The notes beneath the pieces were generated by a model that was given only the letters and a program-made list of their open reading frames with translations, was not told the DNA's origin and ran no database searches. The translations under genes and the position numbers were made by a program. This document shows, in pieces, positions 34,349 through 42,692 of a stretch of DNA of 64,000 bases (its first letter is position 1; each line of letters begins with the position of its first letter). Origin of the DNA: Acidimicrobiales bacterium (GTDB taxonomy: Bacteria; Actinomycetota; Acidimicrobiia; Acidimicrobiales; CADCSY01); the NCBI GenBank assembly GCA_035540955.1, contig DATLFP010000009.1, forward strand, positions 845-64,844. The letters are read 5' to 3'.

Positions 34349-34400
34349 CGTTCTGGGACCGATCGGGTACGGCATCGCGGCCCGATCGGTCCCAGAATCG
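34349..34400. repeat. palindromic element copy B (52 bp), intergenic
   Basis: CGTTCTGGGACCGATCGGG ... CCCGATCGGTCCCAGAATCG, arms of 19-20 nt with one mismatch. It lies 12 nt after the ACAD stop. Confidence 0.85.
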
Positions 34401-34405
34401 CGTTC

Positions 34406-34804
34406 ATGGTCATCGTCTTCGTGGTGCTCATCGCGGTCCTGATCTTCGTCATCGCCGCCGTCGCCGTCGGGCGGGAGACGAGCCGGCTCGCCGCGCAGCC
34501 GCCCCGCCCGGTCTTCGACATGGACGAGGCCGTCGAGTGGATCGCCGATCGCCTCCCGCCCGAGGTGACCGCCGAGCTCAGCCACGACGACGTCCGCCAG
34601 ATCCTGCAGTGGAGCCTCGACCAGCTGGCGGTGCGCCCCGACGACGAGGTCCTCGTGGTCGACGACGAGGCGCTCGCCTACGTGCAGGTCCGCGCCCGCG
34701 AGGCCGGGCGCGACTGGACCGAGTCCCAGATCCAGCACGTGCTCGACGTGCAGCTGGCCTACCTGCAGGCGATCGGCGCCGCCGGCGCCGAGCGCGAGAT
34801 CTGA
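34406..34804 (+). CDS. hypothetical N-terminally membrane-anchored protein
   Basis: 132 aa from ATG 34406. It has one hydrophobic helix (VIVFVVLIAVLIFVIAAVAV) followed by an acidic soluble region. Third codon positions are G/C-rich. Confidence 0.55.
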   Translation: MVIVFVVLIAVLIFVIAAVAVGRETSRLAAQPPRPVFDMDEAVEWIADRLPPEVTAELSHDDVRQILQWSLDQLAVRPDDEVLVVDDEALAYVQVRAREAGRDWTESQIQHVLDVQLAYLQAIGAAGAEREI

Positions 34805-34823
34805 CGAGCTCGGATCGACCTCC

Positions 34824-34866
34824 CTTGTGGCGGTTCCCTTCGCCTGACGAAGGGAACTGCCACAAG
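34824..34866 (+). terminator. 19-bp stem hairpin 20 nt after the 34406..34804 stop
   Basis: CTTGTGGCGGTTCCCTTCG-cctga-CGAAGGGAACTGCCACAAG. One G.U position, no U-tract. Confidence 0.45.
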
Positions 34867-34889
34867 ACCGCGGCGCCGAGCGCTACGCT

Positions 34890-35057
34890 TTCCGGCACCA
34901 GAGAAAGGAGGTGGTCCAACTGCAACCAAGTTCGAGGACCCTGGAGGTGGTTGGCCGCTAGTCGGCCGCCGGACCACCTGGCGAGTTCACGCCAACCACC
35001 CTCTTTCGAGCGGCCGGGAGTGGTCCCCCTGGCACCAACGCGAGATCGAGAAGACCG
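34890..35057. other. structured non-coding region (candidate sRNA or leader) with SD-like and anti-SD-like segments
   Basis: GAAAGGAGGTGGT (34903-15) is complementary to ACCACCCTCTTTC (34995-35007). The pair encloses AGGTGG..GGCCG-ctagt-CGGCC..CCACCT. No convincing ORF is present. Confidence 0.3.
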
Positions 35058-35060
35058 GTA

Positions 35061-35086
35061 CCGGGGAGCCCTGTGGGGCTCCCCGG
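35061..35086 (+). terminator. perfect 11-bp GC hairpin followed by TT
   Basis: CCGGGGAGCCC-tgtg-GGGCTCCCCGG-TTCG. Confidence 0.5.
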
Positions 35087-35157
35087 TTCGCGTCCCGGCT
35101 ACCGTGCCGCCCGAGCGAGCACGGGACGGGCCCGGGCTGAGCACAGGAGTGGACGTC

Positions 35158-35376
35158 GTGGCACGACCGAAGCAGTTCGAGCACTTCCGGTACGTCGGAG
35201 ACAAGCGGAACCAGCGGGTGCACGACCTCGACAACGCCACCGAGGCGTGCGCCATCGACGAGCTCATGGCGGCCGAGACCTTCCTCGCGTTCGGCCCCGA
35301 CACGCTGGTCGAGGCCGCAAACCGTTGCTACCGGCCGTGCCGCCACTGCGTCACCGCCGGCGATGCCGCGGCGTGA
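35158..35376 (+). CDS. small protein with an Ada-like metal-binding motif (Y-R-P-C-x-x-C)
   Basis: 72 aa from GTG 35158, with AGGAG 8 nt upstream. The pattern F.Y.....VH....C...(20)...A..CYRPCRHC resembles the Ada N-terminal Zn-binding-like fold. G/C-rich third positions. Confidence 0.5.
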   Translation: MARPKQFEHFRYVGDKRNQRVHDLDNATEACAIDELMAAETFLAFGPDTLVEAANRCYRPCRHCVTAGDAAA

Positions 35377-35415
35377 TCGCGCCGTCGCGCCGCCGCTTCC
35401 TCGCCGGCACCCGGG

Positions 35416-36186
35416 TCAGATCTTCGCCGCCGCCCGGAACGCCCTGACGACCGCCTCGTCGCCGAAGATCTCGACGTCCCCGATCGGGTCGCGGCCCCAC
35501 ACCTGCAGGAGCAGGTCGCGGGCGGGACCCCGCACTGCGGCGTCGCCCTTCGCGTGACCCCGCGCCACGTCGACCCGGTCGGCGTGCATGGTGAGGGTCC
35601 ACTCGCCGTCGGCGTCGGTGGCGTGCAGGTGCAGCGACTCGCCGTTGCCGCCGATCGGCTGACCGGTCGCCGCCGGGATGAACACGTCGCACATCTCGTC
35701 GACGCCGTCGACGGCGAAGTCGGCGTCGACGTCGGTCACCTCGCCGACCGCCAGCTCGGCGTCGATCCGGTGGACGAGCGTCTCCTGCGAGATGCGCCGG
35801 AAGTACCACTGCGCGGTGTCGCCCTCGGCCGACGCCCACGTCCAGCGGGGCGCGTCGGGGTCGACCTGCGACATCGTGGCGACGGCGGCGTCGACCCCGG
35901 CCTGGAACCAGTCGGCGAGGTCCTGACCCGGCGCCGGGCCGACCTCGTGGACCGCGGGATCGGGAAACGTGCCGGCGTTGTGCCGGGCCGCCTCGGTCTG
36001 CCACCGGTGGACCTTGCCGGTGTGCTCGACCAGGTCCGCCACCGTCCAGCCGGGGCAGGTGGGGACCGCTGCGGTCGGGGCGCGGCGGGCGATCTCGGCG
36101 ATCCGCCGGCCGTCGCGCTCGAGGTGGGCGAGGTACGTGTCGCGGTGCACGCCGAGCAGCGTGGCAGATGACCAATGTCCTGGCAT
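35416..36186 (-). CDS. mycothiol-dependent maleylpyruvate isomerase-like (DinB/MDMPI_N) family protein
   Basis: 256 aa. The N-terminus has PTCPGWTVADLVEHTGKVHRW, typical of TIGR03083-type proteins. Confidence 0.8.
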   Translation of the reverse strand: MPGHWSSATLLGVHRDTYLAHLERDGRRIAEIARRAPTAAVPTCPGWTVADLVEHTGKVHRWQTEAARHNAGTFPDPAVHEVGPAPGQDLADWFQAGVDAAVATMSQVDPDAPRWTWASAEGDTAQWYFRRISQETLVHRIDAELAVGEVTDVDADFAVDGVDEMCDVFIPAATGQPIGGNGESLHLHATDADGEWTLTMHADRVDVARGHAKGDAAVRGPARDLLLQVWGRDPIGDVEIFGDEAVVRAFRAAAKI

Positions 36187-36202
36187 TCGCGATTGCCGTC
36201 GG

Positions 36203-36208
36203 TACAGT
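36203..36208 (+). promoter_or_regulatory. candidate -10 box TACAGT, 7 nt upstream of ATG 36216 (leaderless-type)
   Basis: The sequence reads TACAGT-cgaagcg-ATG. Confidence 0.35.
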
Positions 36209-36215
36209 CGAAGCG

Positions 36216-36992
36216 ATGGCCGACCCGATGGCGGACGTGCTCGATTCGGGCGGTGTGCGGCTGGCCGCCCACCTCGCTCGCCCGTCGGCCGACCGGGCCG
36301 CCCCCGGACGTCCCGGACTCGTGGTGTGCCATGGCTTCCCGTCGGGTCCGAAGTCGGCGAAGGCCAGCGGCCAGACCTACCCGGAGCTCGCCGAGCGGCT
36401 CGCGGCCGACGCCGGGTGGACCGTGCTCACCTTCAACTTCCGGGGCACGGGCGACTCCGAGGGCGACTTCTCCCTCGGCGGCTGGCTCGACGACCTGCGT
36501 GCCGCCGTCGACCACCTGCTGGCGCGAGGCGACATCGACGGGGTGTGGCTGGCCGGTGCCAGCACCGGCGGCTCGCTGGCGATCTGCGCCGCCGGCGAAG
36601 ACGAGCGCGTGCGCGGTGTGGCCGCGCTCTCGGCGCGTGCCGACTTCGACGACTGGGCGTCGCACCCGCGCCGCTTCCTCGAGCACGCGCGAGAGATCGG
36701 CGTCATCCGCAACAAGGCGTTCCCGAGCGACGTCGACGGCTGGATCGCCGAGCTGCGGGAGACCCGCCCGCTCGCCCTGGCCGCCAAGCTCGCGCCCCGT
36801 CCGCTGCTCCTGGTGCAGGGGGGCGACGACGACGTCGTGCCCGCTGTCGACGCCCGCGCCCTCGCCGACTGCCACGGCACGGCCGAGCTGCGCATCATCG
36901 CCGGCGCGGGGCATCGTCTGCGCCACGACCCCCGGGCGATCGCCGTGCTCCTCGGGTGGCTCGAGCGCCAGGCCGCGACCACCAGCGACTGA
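36216..36992 (+). CDS. alpha/beta-fold hydrolase
   Basis: It has the nucleophile-elbow-like GASTGGS, a VCHGFP segment and GDDDVVP...GAGH. The preferred start is ATG 36216. The track start at 36168 would overlap the divergent gene. Confidence 0.8.
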   Translation: MADPMADVLDSGGVRLAAHLARPSADRAAPGRPGLVVCHGFPSGPKSAKASGQTYPELAERLAADAGWTVLTFNFRGTGDSEGDFSLGGWLDDLRAAVDHLLARGDIDGVWLAGASTGGSLAICAAGEDERVRGVAALSARADFDDWASHPRRFLEHAREIGVIRNKAFPSDVDGWIAELRETRPLALAAKLAPRPLLLVQGGDDDVVPAVDARALADCHGTAELRIIAGAGHRLRHDPRAIAVLLGWLERQAATTSD

Positions 36993-37063
36993 TCGGTCCC
37001 GGGCGGGCGCCTCGGCCCCCTGCTCCTGGAGGTGCCGACCTCCCGGCTCGGGCATGACCGATC

Positions 37064-38299
37064 ATGGATCCCGTGGAAGGTCGCCGCGCCTTCGAAGACC
37101 GCCTGGCCGGGGCGCTGGGCCAGGCGCGCCGCGACGGGTCGCTCGTCGCCGTCATCGTCGCCGAGCTGATGGGCGTGCTCGTCGTGAGCTCGCGCTTCGG
37201 CCCTGACGCGGGAGCAGCCGTCCTCCGGGAGGCGACGAGCCGCCTCGAGGGTGCGGTGCACGGCTACGCCGACTTCGTGGCCCGGGTCGGCGAGACCGAC
37301 TACGCGGTCCTCCTCGCCAGCGTCGACGATCCATCGGTGGCCGAGCGGGTCATGAGCCGCATCACCGAAGCCTTCGAGACGCCGTTCGTGGTCGACGGCG
37401 AGCCGATCACGATGGCCATGGCGCTGGGCATGAACCTCGGGCCTGGTCGGCGCCGCAGCGAGGGCGACCTGCTGTGGCGGTCGGCGGAGGAGAGCGGGCG
37501 GGCACGGTCCGCGGTGCTGCAGCGGATGCTCGCCGACGTGCGGGGCGCGGCGACCAACCTCGACGAGGTCGCCCAGGTGTTCGCCGACGCCGGCGTCGCC
37601 CAGTTCGGGTTGGAGGCCTGCGAGTTCGAGGTCGATGGCCGGTCGTGGAGCTCCCCGGCGGCGACGCCGTCCCGTCCCGCCGACGCCGAGCTGCCGCTGC
37701 GCAGCGAGGGACGCCAGATCGGGACGTTCCGGTGGTGGGGTCCGGTCGGCGACGAGCAGGCGATGCGGGGGGTGCAGGCGCTGCTCGACCACGTGGCGGC
37801 GTCGCTCGACCGGGCTCAGGCGATCGACGCCACCGACCTCCGTGCTCGCACCGACTCGCTCACCGGTCTCCTCAACCGCGAGGGCCTCGCTCGGGAGCTG
37901 GCCGAGCTCGACGCCCCCTTCGCGCTCGCGATCATCGACCTCGACCACTTCAAGCAGGTGAACGACGCGCACGGTCACGAGGTCGGCGACCTCGTGCTCG
38001 CCGACCTCGCCGCCCTCCTGAAGCGGGGCCGCACCGCCGACCTCATTGCCCGCTGGGGCGGGGAGGAGATCGTCCTGGTGATGCCCGACACGACAGTCGA
38101 CGGCGCCGTCGCGCGCGTGCAGCGGCTGCTCGAGGAGGCGAAGTCCTTCGTGCGGATCGCCGAGGTCGGTCCGATCACCTTCTCGGCGGGCGTCACCGCC
38201 AGCCGTCAGAACGAGCTGTTCGCCGATGCGGTCCGTCGCGCCGACGAGGCGATGTACCGGGCCAAGCGTGCTGGCCGGGCGCGGGTCGAGGTCGGCTGA
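37064..38299 (+). CDS. diguanylate cyclase (degenerate GGDEF-like N-domain, sensor region, active GGDEF domain)
   Basis: 411 aa. The C-terminus reads LTGLLNREGL...IDLDHFKQVNDAHGH...RTAD-LIARW-GGEEI (I-site plus GGEEx). Confidence 0.85.
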   Translation: MDPVEGRRAFEDRLAGALGQARRDGSLVAVIVAELMGVLVVSSRFGPDAGAAVLREATSRLEGAVHGYADFVARVGETDYAVLLASVDDPSVAERVMSRITEAFETPFVVDGEPITMAMALGMNLGPGRRRSEGDLLWRSAEESGRARSAVLQRMLADVRGAATNLDEVAQVFADAGVAQFGLEACEFEVDGRSWSSPAATPSRPADAELPLRSEGRQIGTFRWWGPVGDEQAMRGVQALLDHVAASLDRAQAIDATDLRARTDSLTGLLNREGLARELAELDAPFALAIIDLDHFKQVNDAHGHEVGDLVLADLAALLKRGRTADLIARWGGEEIVLVMPDTTVDGAVARVQRLLEEAKSFVRIAEVGPITFSAGVTASRQNELFADAVRRADEAMYRAKRAGRARVEVG

Positions 38300-38300
38300 T

Positions 38301-38873
38301 TCAGCCCTTGGCCTGTGCCTTCATCATCTTCTTGAACGCCCGGACCTCTTCGAGGTGGGCAGGGGAGTCGGCGTCGGCCACCGACCGTCGCGTTGCGTCG
38401 GAGAACGGTGCCGCCGCCTCCTCCCAACCAGCGGGCTTCACCCCCAACCGCTTGGCGAGGACGGCAGTGAAGATCTTCGCCTTGTCGGGGCCGAAGCCGG
38501 GCAGGGCCTTCAAGCGGGCGACGAGATCGGCGCCGTCGGCCGCCTCTCGCCAGATCCTCGACGCGTCACCCCCGTAGGTCTCGGCGATCTCGGCGCACAG
38601 CGCGTGCGCCCGCTTGGCCATCGACGCCGGATACCGGTGCAGCGCGGGCTTCTCGACGAACACCTGGATGACGTCGTCGGGATCCATGGCGGCGATCTTG
38701 GCCGGGTCGAGCTGGCCGCCGAGCCGCTCCTTCAGCAGCGACGGCGCGTGGAACGCCCACTCCATCGGCACCTGCTGGTCGAGGAGCATCCCCAGCAGGA
38801 GCGCGAACGGGTCCTCGGCGAGGAGCCGGTCGGCGACGGTGTCTCCGGTGATCCAGAACGTCTTGGCAGCCAC
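38301..38873 (-). CDS. HhH-GPD-type base-excision DNA repair family protein
   Basis: 190 aa. LKALPGFGPDKAKIFTAVL (helix-hairpin-helix) and the overall layout match the actinobacterial HhH-GPD-like family. Confidence 0.75.
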   Translation of the reverse strand: MAAKTFWITGDTVADRLLAEDPFALLLGMLLDQQVPMEWAFHAPSLLKERLGGQLDPAKIAAMDPDDVIQVFVEKPALHRYPASMAKRAHALCAEIAETYGGDASRIWREAADGADLVARLKALPGFGPDKAKIFTAVLAKRLGVKPAGWEEAAAPFSDATRRSVADADSPAHLEEVRAFKKMMKAQAKG

Positions 38874-38897
38874 GGCCGAAGGCTACGCGCGCGACGG

Positions 38898-41603
38898 TCA
38901 GGCCCACATGGGGTCGGCGGCGTCGGGGTCGACGCCGTAGCGGGCGATCGCGTCCTTGACCTGCTCGGGTGTGGCCCGGTTCTCGGCGAGGAGCGACGAC
39001 AGCACCGCGACGACGACGTGGCCGGTGTCGATCTCGAAGTGGCGACGCAGCGCCTCGCGGGTGTCGCTGCGCCCGTAGCCATCGGTGCCGAGAGGGAGGA
39101 ACCGGCCGGGCACCCAACGGGCGACCTGGTCGGGAACCGCCCGCATGAAGTCCGACACCGCCACGTACGGGCCCGGCGCCTGCTCGAGCTGGCGGGTCAC
39201 GAACGGGATCCGGGGCGCCTCGAAGGGATGCAGCCGGTTCCACCGGTCGGTGGCGAGGGCTTCTTCCCGCAGCGACTTGTACGACGTCGCCGCCCACAGC
39301 TCGGCGCCGACCCCGTAGTGCTCGGCCAGCTCGTCTCGCGCGGTCGCGGCCGCCTGCCACATCGGCCCCGAGAACAGGATCGTCGCCCGGCTCTCGGTGC
39401 TCACCGGCGCGCCCTCGAAGCGGTAGAGACCCCGCAGCAGGTCGTCCTGCACGCCCTCGACCATCGCCGGCATCCGGTAGTTCTCGTTGTAGAGGGTCAG
39501 GTAGTACACGACGTCCTCGCCGGCGGCGAACATGCGGCGCATGCCGTCCTGCACGATCGTCGCCACCTCGTAGGCGAACGACGCGTCGTAGGCCACGACG
39601 TTGGGGTAGGCCGAGGCGTAGAGGAGGCTCTGGCCGTCCTGGTGCTGGAGGCCCTCGCCCAGCAGCGTCGTGCGTCCCGCGGTGGCACCCAGCAGGAACC
39701 CCCGGGCCCGCTGGTCGCCGGCGGCCCACGCCAGGTCGCCCACGCGCTGGAAGCCGAACATGGAGTAGAAGATGTAGAAGGGCAGCATCGTCGGACCGTG
39801 GGTCGCGTACGAGGTGCCGGCGGCGATGAACGACGCCATCGCGCCCGCCTCGGTGATCCCCTCCTCGAGGATCTGGCCGTTCTGCGACTCGCGGTAGGAC
39901 AGGATCAGGTCGGCGTCGACCGGCTCGTACTTCTGGCCGTGCGCGGCGTAGATGCCGATCTCCTTGAAGAGGGCGTCGAGCCCGAACGTGCGCGCTTCGT
40001 CGGGGATGATGGGCACGACCCGTCGGCCGACCTTCTCGTCGCGCACGAGGTTCCGGAGGAGGCGGGCGAACGCCATCGTCGTCGACACCGCCTGCTCGCC
40101 GGAGCCGCTGCGCAGGTCGGCGAAGGCGCGGTCGTCGGGCTGCTCCTCGCCGCGCCGCGGCCGCACGATGCGGGCCGGCAGGGGCCCGTCGAGCGCCTTT
40201 CGTCGCTCGACCATGTAGGTGTGCTCGAGCGAGCCCTCGGCGGGCCGGAAGTAGGGCATGAGCTCGCCCGACGCCTGTGCCGCCTCGAGCATCTCGTCGG
40301 TGACCTCGTCCTGGAGGTACAGCCGGTCGCGGAAGGTCCGCACCTGCTCGGGCTGCATCTTCTTGATCTGGTGGGTGGCGTTGCGGCCCTCGACGTCGGG
40401 GCCGAGCGTCCACCCCTTGATGGTCTTGGCGAGGATCACCGTCGGGGTGCCCTCGTGCTCGACCGCCGCCTTGTAGGCCGCATAGAGCTTGCGGTAGTCG
40501 TGCCCGCCGCGCGGCAGCGTGCGCAGGTCGTCGTCGGTGAGGTGCTCGACCATCTTGCGCAGGCGGGGGTCGGGACCGAAGAAGTGCTGGCGGATGTAGG
40601 CGCCCGACTCGACCGAGTACTTCTGGAACTGCCCGTCGACGGTCGTGTTCATCTGGTTGAGGAGCACGCCGTCGGTGTCGCGGGCGAGGAGCTCGTCCCA
40701 CTTCGTGCCCCAGATGACCTTGAGCACGTTCCAGCCCGCGCCCCGGAAGATCGCCTCCAGCTCCTGGATGATCTTGCCGTTGCCGCGCACCGGACCGTCG
40801 AGCCGCTGGAGGTTGCAGTTCACGACGAAGATCAGGTTGTCGAGCTCTTCGCGCGCGCCGAGGGAGATGGCGCCGAGCGACTCGGGCTCGTCGCACTCGC
40901 CGTCGCCGAGGAAGCACCACACCTTCGACTGCGACGTGTCGGCGATCTCGCGGTTGAGCAGGTAGCGGTTGAAGCGCGCCTGGTAGATCGCCTGCAGCGG
41001 GCCGAGCCCCATGGAGACGGTGGGGAACTCCCAGAAGTCGGGCATGAGCCGCGGGTGGGGGTACGACGAGAGGCCGCCGCCGCCGACCTCCTGGCGGAAC
41101 CGGTCGAGCTCGGGCTCGCCGAGGCGGCCCTCGAGGTACGCGCGGGCGTAGATGCCGGGCGCGGCGTGGCCCTGGAAGAAGACCTGGTCGCCGGGCAGCC
41201 CGTCCTCCTTGCCCCGGAAGAAGTGGTTGAAGCCGACCTCGTAGAGCGCGGCCGACGACGCGTAGGTCGCCAGGTGCCCGCCGATCCCGTCGTGGTGCTT
41301 GTTGGCCCGCACGACCATGGCCGCCGCGTTCCAGCGGGCGTAGGCGCGGATGCGGCGCTCGATGTGCTCGTCGCCCGGGAACCATGCCTGGTGCTCCGGC
41401 GGGATCGTGTTGACGTAGGGCGTCGAGATCGTCGCCGGCAGCCCGACCTGCAGCTCGCGGGCCCGCTCCAGCAGGGCGGAGATGAGGTAGCGGGCCCGGC
41501 CCTTGCCACCGTGGGTGACGACGGCGTCGAGGCTGTCGAGCCACTCTCGGGTCTCGGCCGGGTCGACGTCGGGCAGGGAGTGCACGAACCCGTCGAAGAT
41601 CAC
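38898..41603 (-). CDS. aceE: pyruvate dehydrogenase E1 component, homodimeric type
   Basis: 901 aa from GTG 41603. It has the ThDP motif region GDGECDEPES...NLIFVVNCNLQRLDGPVRGN and AceE-typical N- and C-termini. Confidence 0.95.
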   Translation of the reverse strand: MIFDGFVHSLPDVDPAETREWLDSLDAVVTHGGKGRARYLISALLERARELQVGLPATISTPYVNTIPPEHQAWFPGDEHIERRIRAYARWNAAAMVVRANKHHDGIGGHLATYASSAALYEVGFNHFFRGKEDGLPGDQVFFQGHAAPGIYARAYLEGRLGEPELDRFRQEVGGGGLSSYPHPRLMPDFWEFPTVSMGLGPLQAIYQARFNRYLLNREIADTSQSKVWCFLGDGECDEPESLGAISLGAREELDNLIFVVNCNLQRLDGPVRGNGKIIQELEAIFRGAGWNVLKVIWGTKWDELLARDTDGVLLNQMNTTVDGQFQKYSVESGAYIRQHFFGPDPRLRKMVEHLTDDDLRTLPRGGHDYRKLYAAYKAAVEHEGTPTVILAKTIKGWTLGPDVEGRNATHQIKKMQPEQVRTFRDRLYLQDEVTDEMLEAAQASGELMPYFRPAEGSLEHTYMVERRKALDGPLPARIVRPRRGEEQPDDRAFADLRSGSGEQAVSTTMAFARLLRNLVRDEKVGRRVVPIIPDEARTFGLDALFKEIGIYAAHGQKYEPVDADLILSYRESQNGQILEEGITEAGAMASFIAAGTSYATHGPTMLPFYIFYSMFGFQRVGDLAWAAGDQRARGFLLGATAGRTTLLGEGLQHQDGQSLLYASAYPNVVAYDASFAYEVATIVQDGMRRMFAAGEDVVYYLTLYNENYRMPAMVEGVQDDLLRGLYRFEGAPVSTESRATILFSGPMWQAAATARDELAEHYGVGAELWAATSYKSLREEALATDRWNRLHPFEAPRIPFVTRQLEQAPGPYVAVSDFMRAVPDQVARWVPGRFLPLGTDGYGRSDTREALRRHFEIDTGHVVVAVLSSLLAENRATPEQVKDAIARYGVDPDAADPMWA

Positions 41604-41661
41604 GCGACCATGTTCGCATGCTGCTCGCGCTTTCCGACACGGACCCGGTGATGCGAGCCCG

Positions 41662-42672
41662 ATGACCGCCGTCTACACGGATGGGGCGTGCAGCGGGAAC
41701 CCCGGCCCGGGTGGGTGGGCGTGGGCGATCGAGGACGGCCCGTACGCGAGCGGCTACGACGAGCGGACAACCAACCAGCGCATGGAGGTGACCGCCGCGT
41801 TCGAGGCGGTGCGGGCCAACGACGGACCGCTCGAGGTGGTGAGCGACTCCACCTACGTCGTGAACTGCTTCCGCGACTCGTGGTGGGTGGGGTGGCGCAA
41901 GCGCGGGTGGCGCAACACCCAACGCCAGCCCGTCGCCAACCGCGACCTTTGGGAGCCGTTCGTCGAGCTCGTCCTGGAGCGCGGCGACGTCACGTTCCGG
42001 TGGGTGAAGGGCCACGCCGGGGATCCGATGAACGACCTCGTCGACCGGCTGGCCGTGCAGGCCGTCACCGACGGCACCGGGCGCCGGGGAACCGGGAGGC
42101 CCGACGACCTCGGCGCCGCCGACGCCCCACCGAAGCAGGCGGCGGGCGGGGCCACCGGCGGCCCCGCCCTGCCCGACGGCTACCGCGTCGTCATCACCGG
42201 GCTCCGCCCGCCGGGCCTCGGCGGCTACGACCCGAACCTGACCTGGGAGTCGGTGCGGTCGTCGCTCGCGGAGGCCCTCGCCTACCTCGCCACCGAGCAC
42301 GACGACCTGCTCGTGGTCACCGGCATGGGTCTCGGGACCGAGCAGCTGGGCGCCGAGGCGGCCATCGACGCCGGCGTGCCGTTCGTGGCGGTTCCCGCTC
42401 ACCGCGGGTTCGACGAGGTGTGGCCGGCGCGCTCCCGGGAGCGCTACCGGTCCCTCGTCGACCAGGCCATCGCCGAAGTGGTGTTCGACGATCGCGTGCC
42501 CACCTCCAAGCAGCAGGCCGGCGCGATGGCGTCACGCCGCGACGCGTGGCTGGCCCGCAACGCCGCCGAGGCGATCGTCGTGCACGACGGAGAGGACGAG
42601 CACGTCGAGCGGCGCCTGGCGGCGCTCACGGTGCAGCTGGGGGACGACAACGTGCTGCAGCTGCGGCCATGA
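41662..42672 (+). CDS. rnhA: RNase HI fused to a YpsA/DUF1273-like SLOG domain
   Basis: ATG 41662. The N-terminus has YTDGACSGNPGPGGWAW, TNQRMEV, SDSTYV and KGHAGDPMNDLVDRLA (DEDD residues). The C-terminal ~180 aa have VVITGLRPPGLGGYD, VVTGMGLGTEQLGAEAAIDAGVPF and SRRDAWLARNA, resembling the SLOG/YpsA family. Confidence 0.8.
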   Translation: MTAVYTDGACSGNPGPGGWAWAIEDGPYASGYDERTTNQRMEVTAAFEAVRANDGPLEVVSDSTYVVNCFRDSWWVGWRKRGWRNTQRQPVANRDLWEPFVELVLERGDVTFRWVKGHAGDPMNDLVDRLAVQAVTDGTGRRGTGRPDDLGAADAPPKQAAGGATGGPALPDGYRVVITGLRPPGLGGYDPNLTWESVRSSLAEALAYLATEHDDLLVVTGMGLGTEQLGAEAAIDAGVPFVAVPAHRGFDEVWPARSRERYRSLVDQAIAEVVFDDRVPTSKQQAGAMASRRDAWLARNAAEAIVVHDGEDEHVERRLAALTVQLGDDNVLQLRP

Positions 42673-42692
42673 GGTCATGAGGGCGTGAGGGC

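Noticed and set aside
34900-34917. Minus-strand similarity to the 16S rRNA 3-prime end (TGGACCACCTCCTTTCT)
   Set aside because: Only ~17 nt match and no flanking helix-45 or other rRNA sequence is present, so this is not an rRNA gene or fragment. It is kept only as part of the structured-region finding.
35076-35100. tRNA-like T-loop sequence GGTTCGCGTCC
   Set aside because: No acceptor, D or anticodon arms can be drawn around it. The adjacent 11-bp hairpin is too long for a variable arm. I interpret the region as a terminator instead.
36985-37063. GATCGGTCCC (after the hydrolase stop) and GACCGATC 53 nt later, resembling arms of the palindromic element
   Set aside because: Only 8-10 nt match. 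The arms are in the wrong relative order and the diagnostic TTCTGGG/CCCAGAA ends are missing. This is possibly a decayed remnant, but it is indistinguishable from chance.
38226-42402. Very long ORFs (1141 aa plus strand at 38226..41651; 1278 aa minus strand at 38566..42402) overlapping aceE
   Set aside because: aceE (38898..41603, minus strand) has full-length E1 homology features. The alternative frames are Arg/Pro/Gly-rich low-complexity translations without motifs, and they also run across neighbouring genes.
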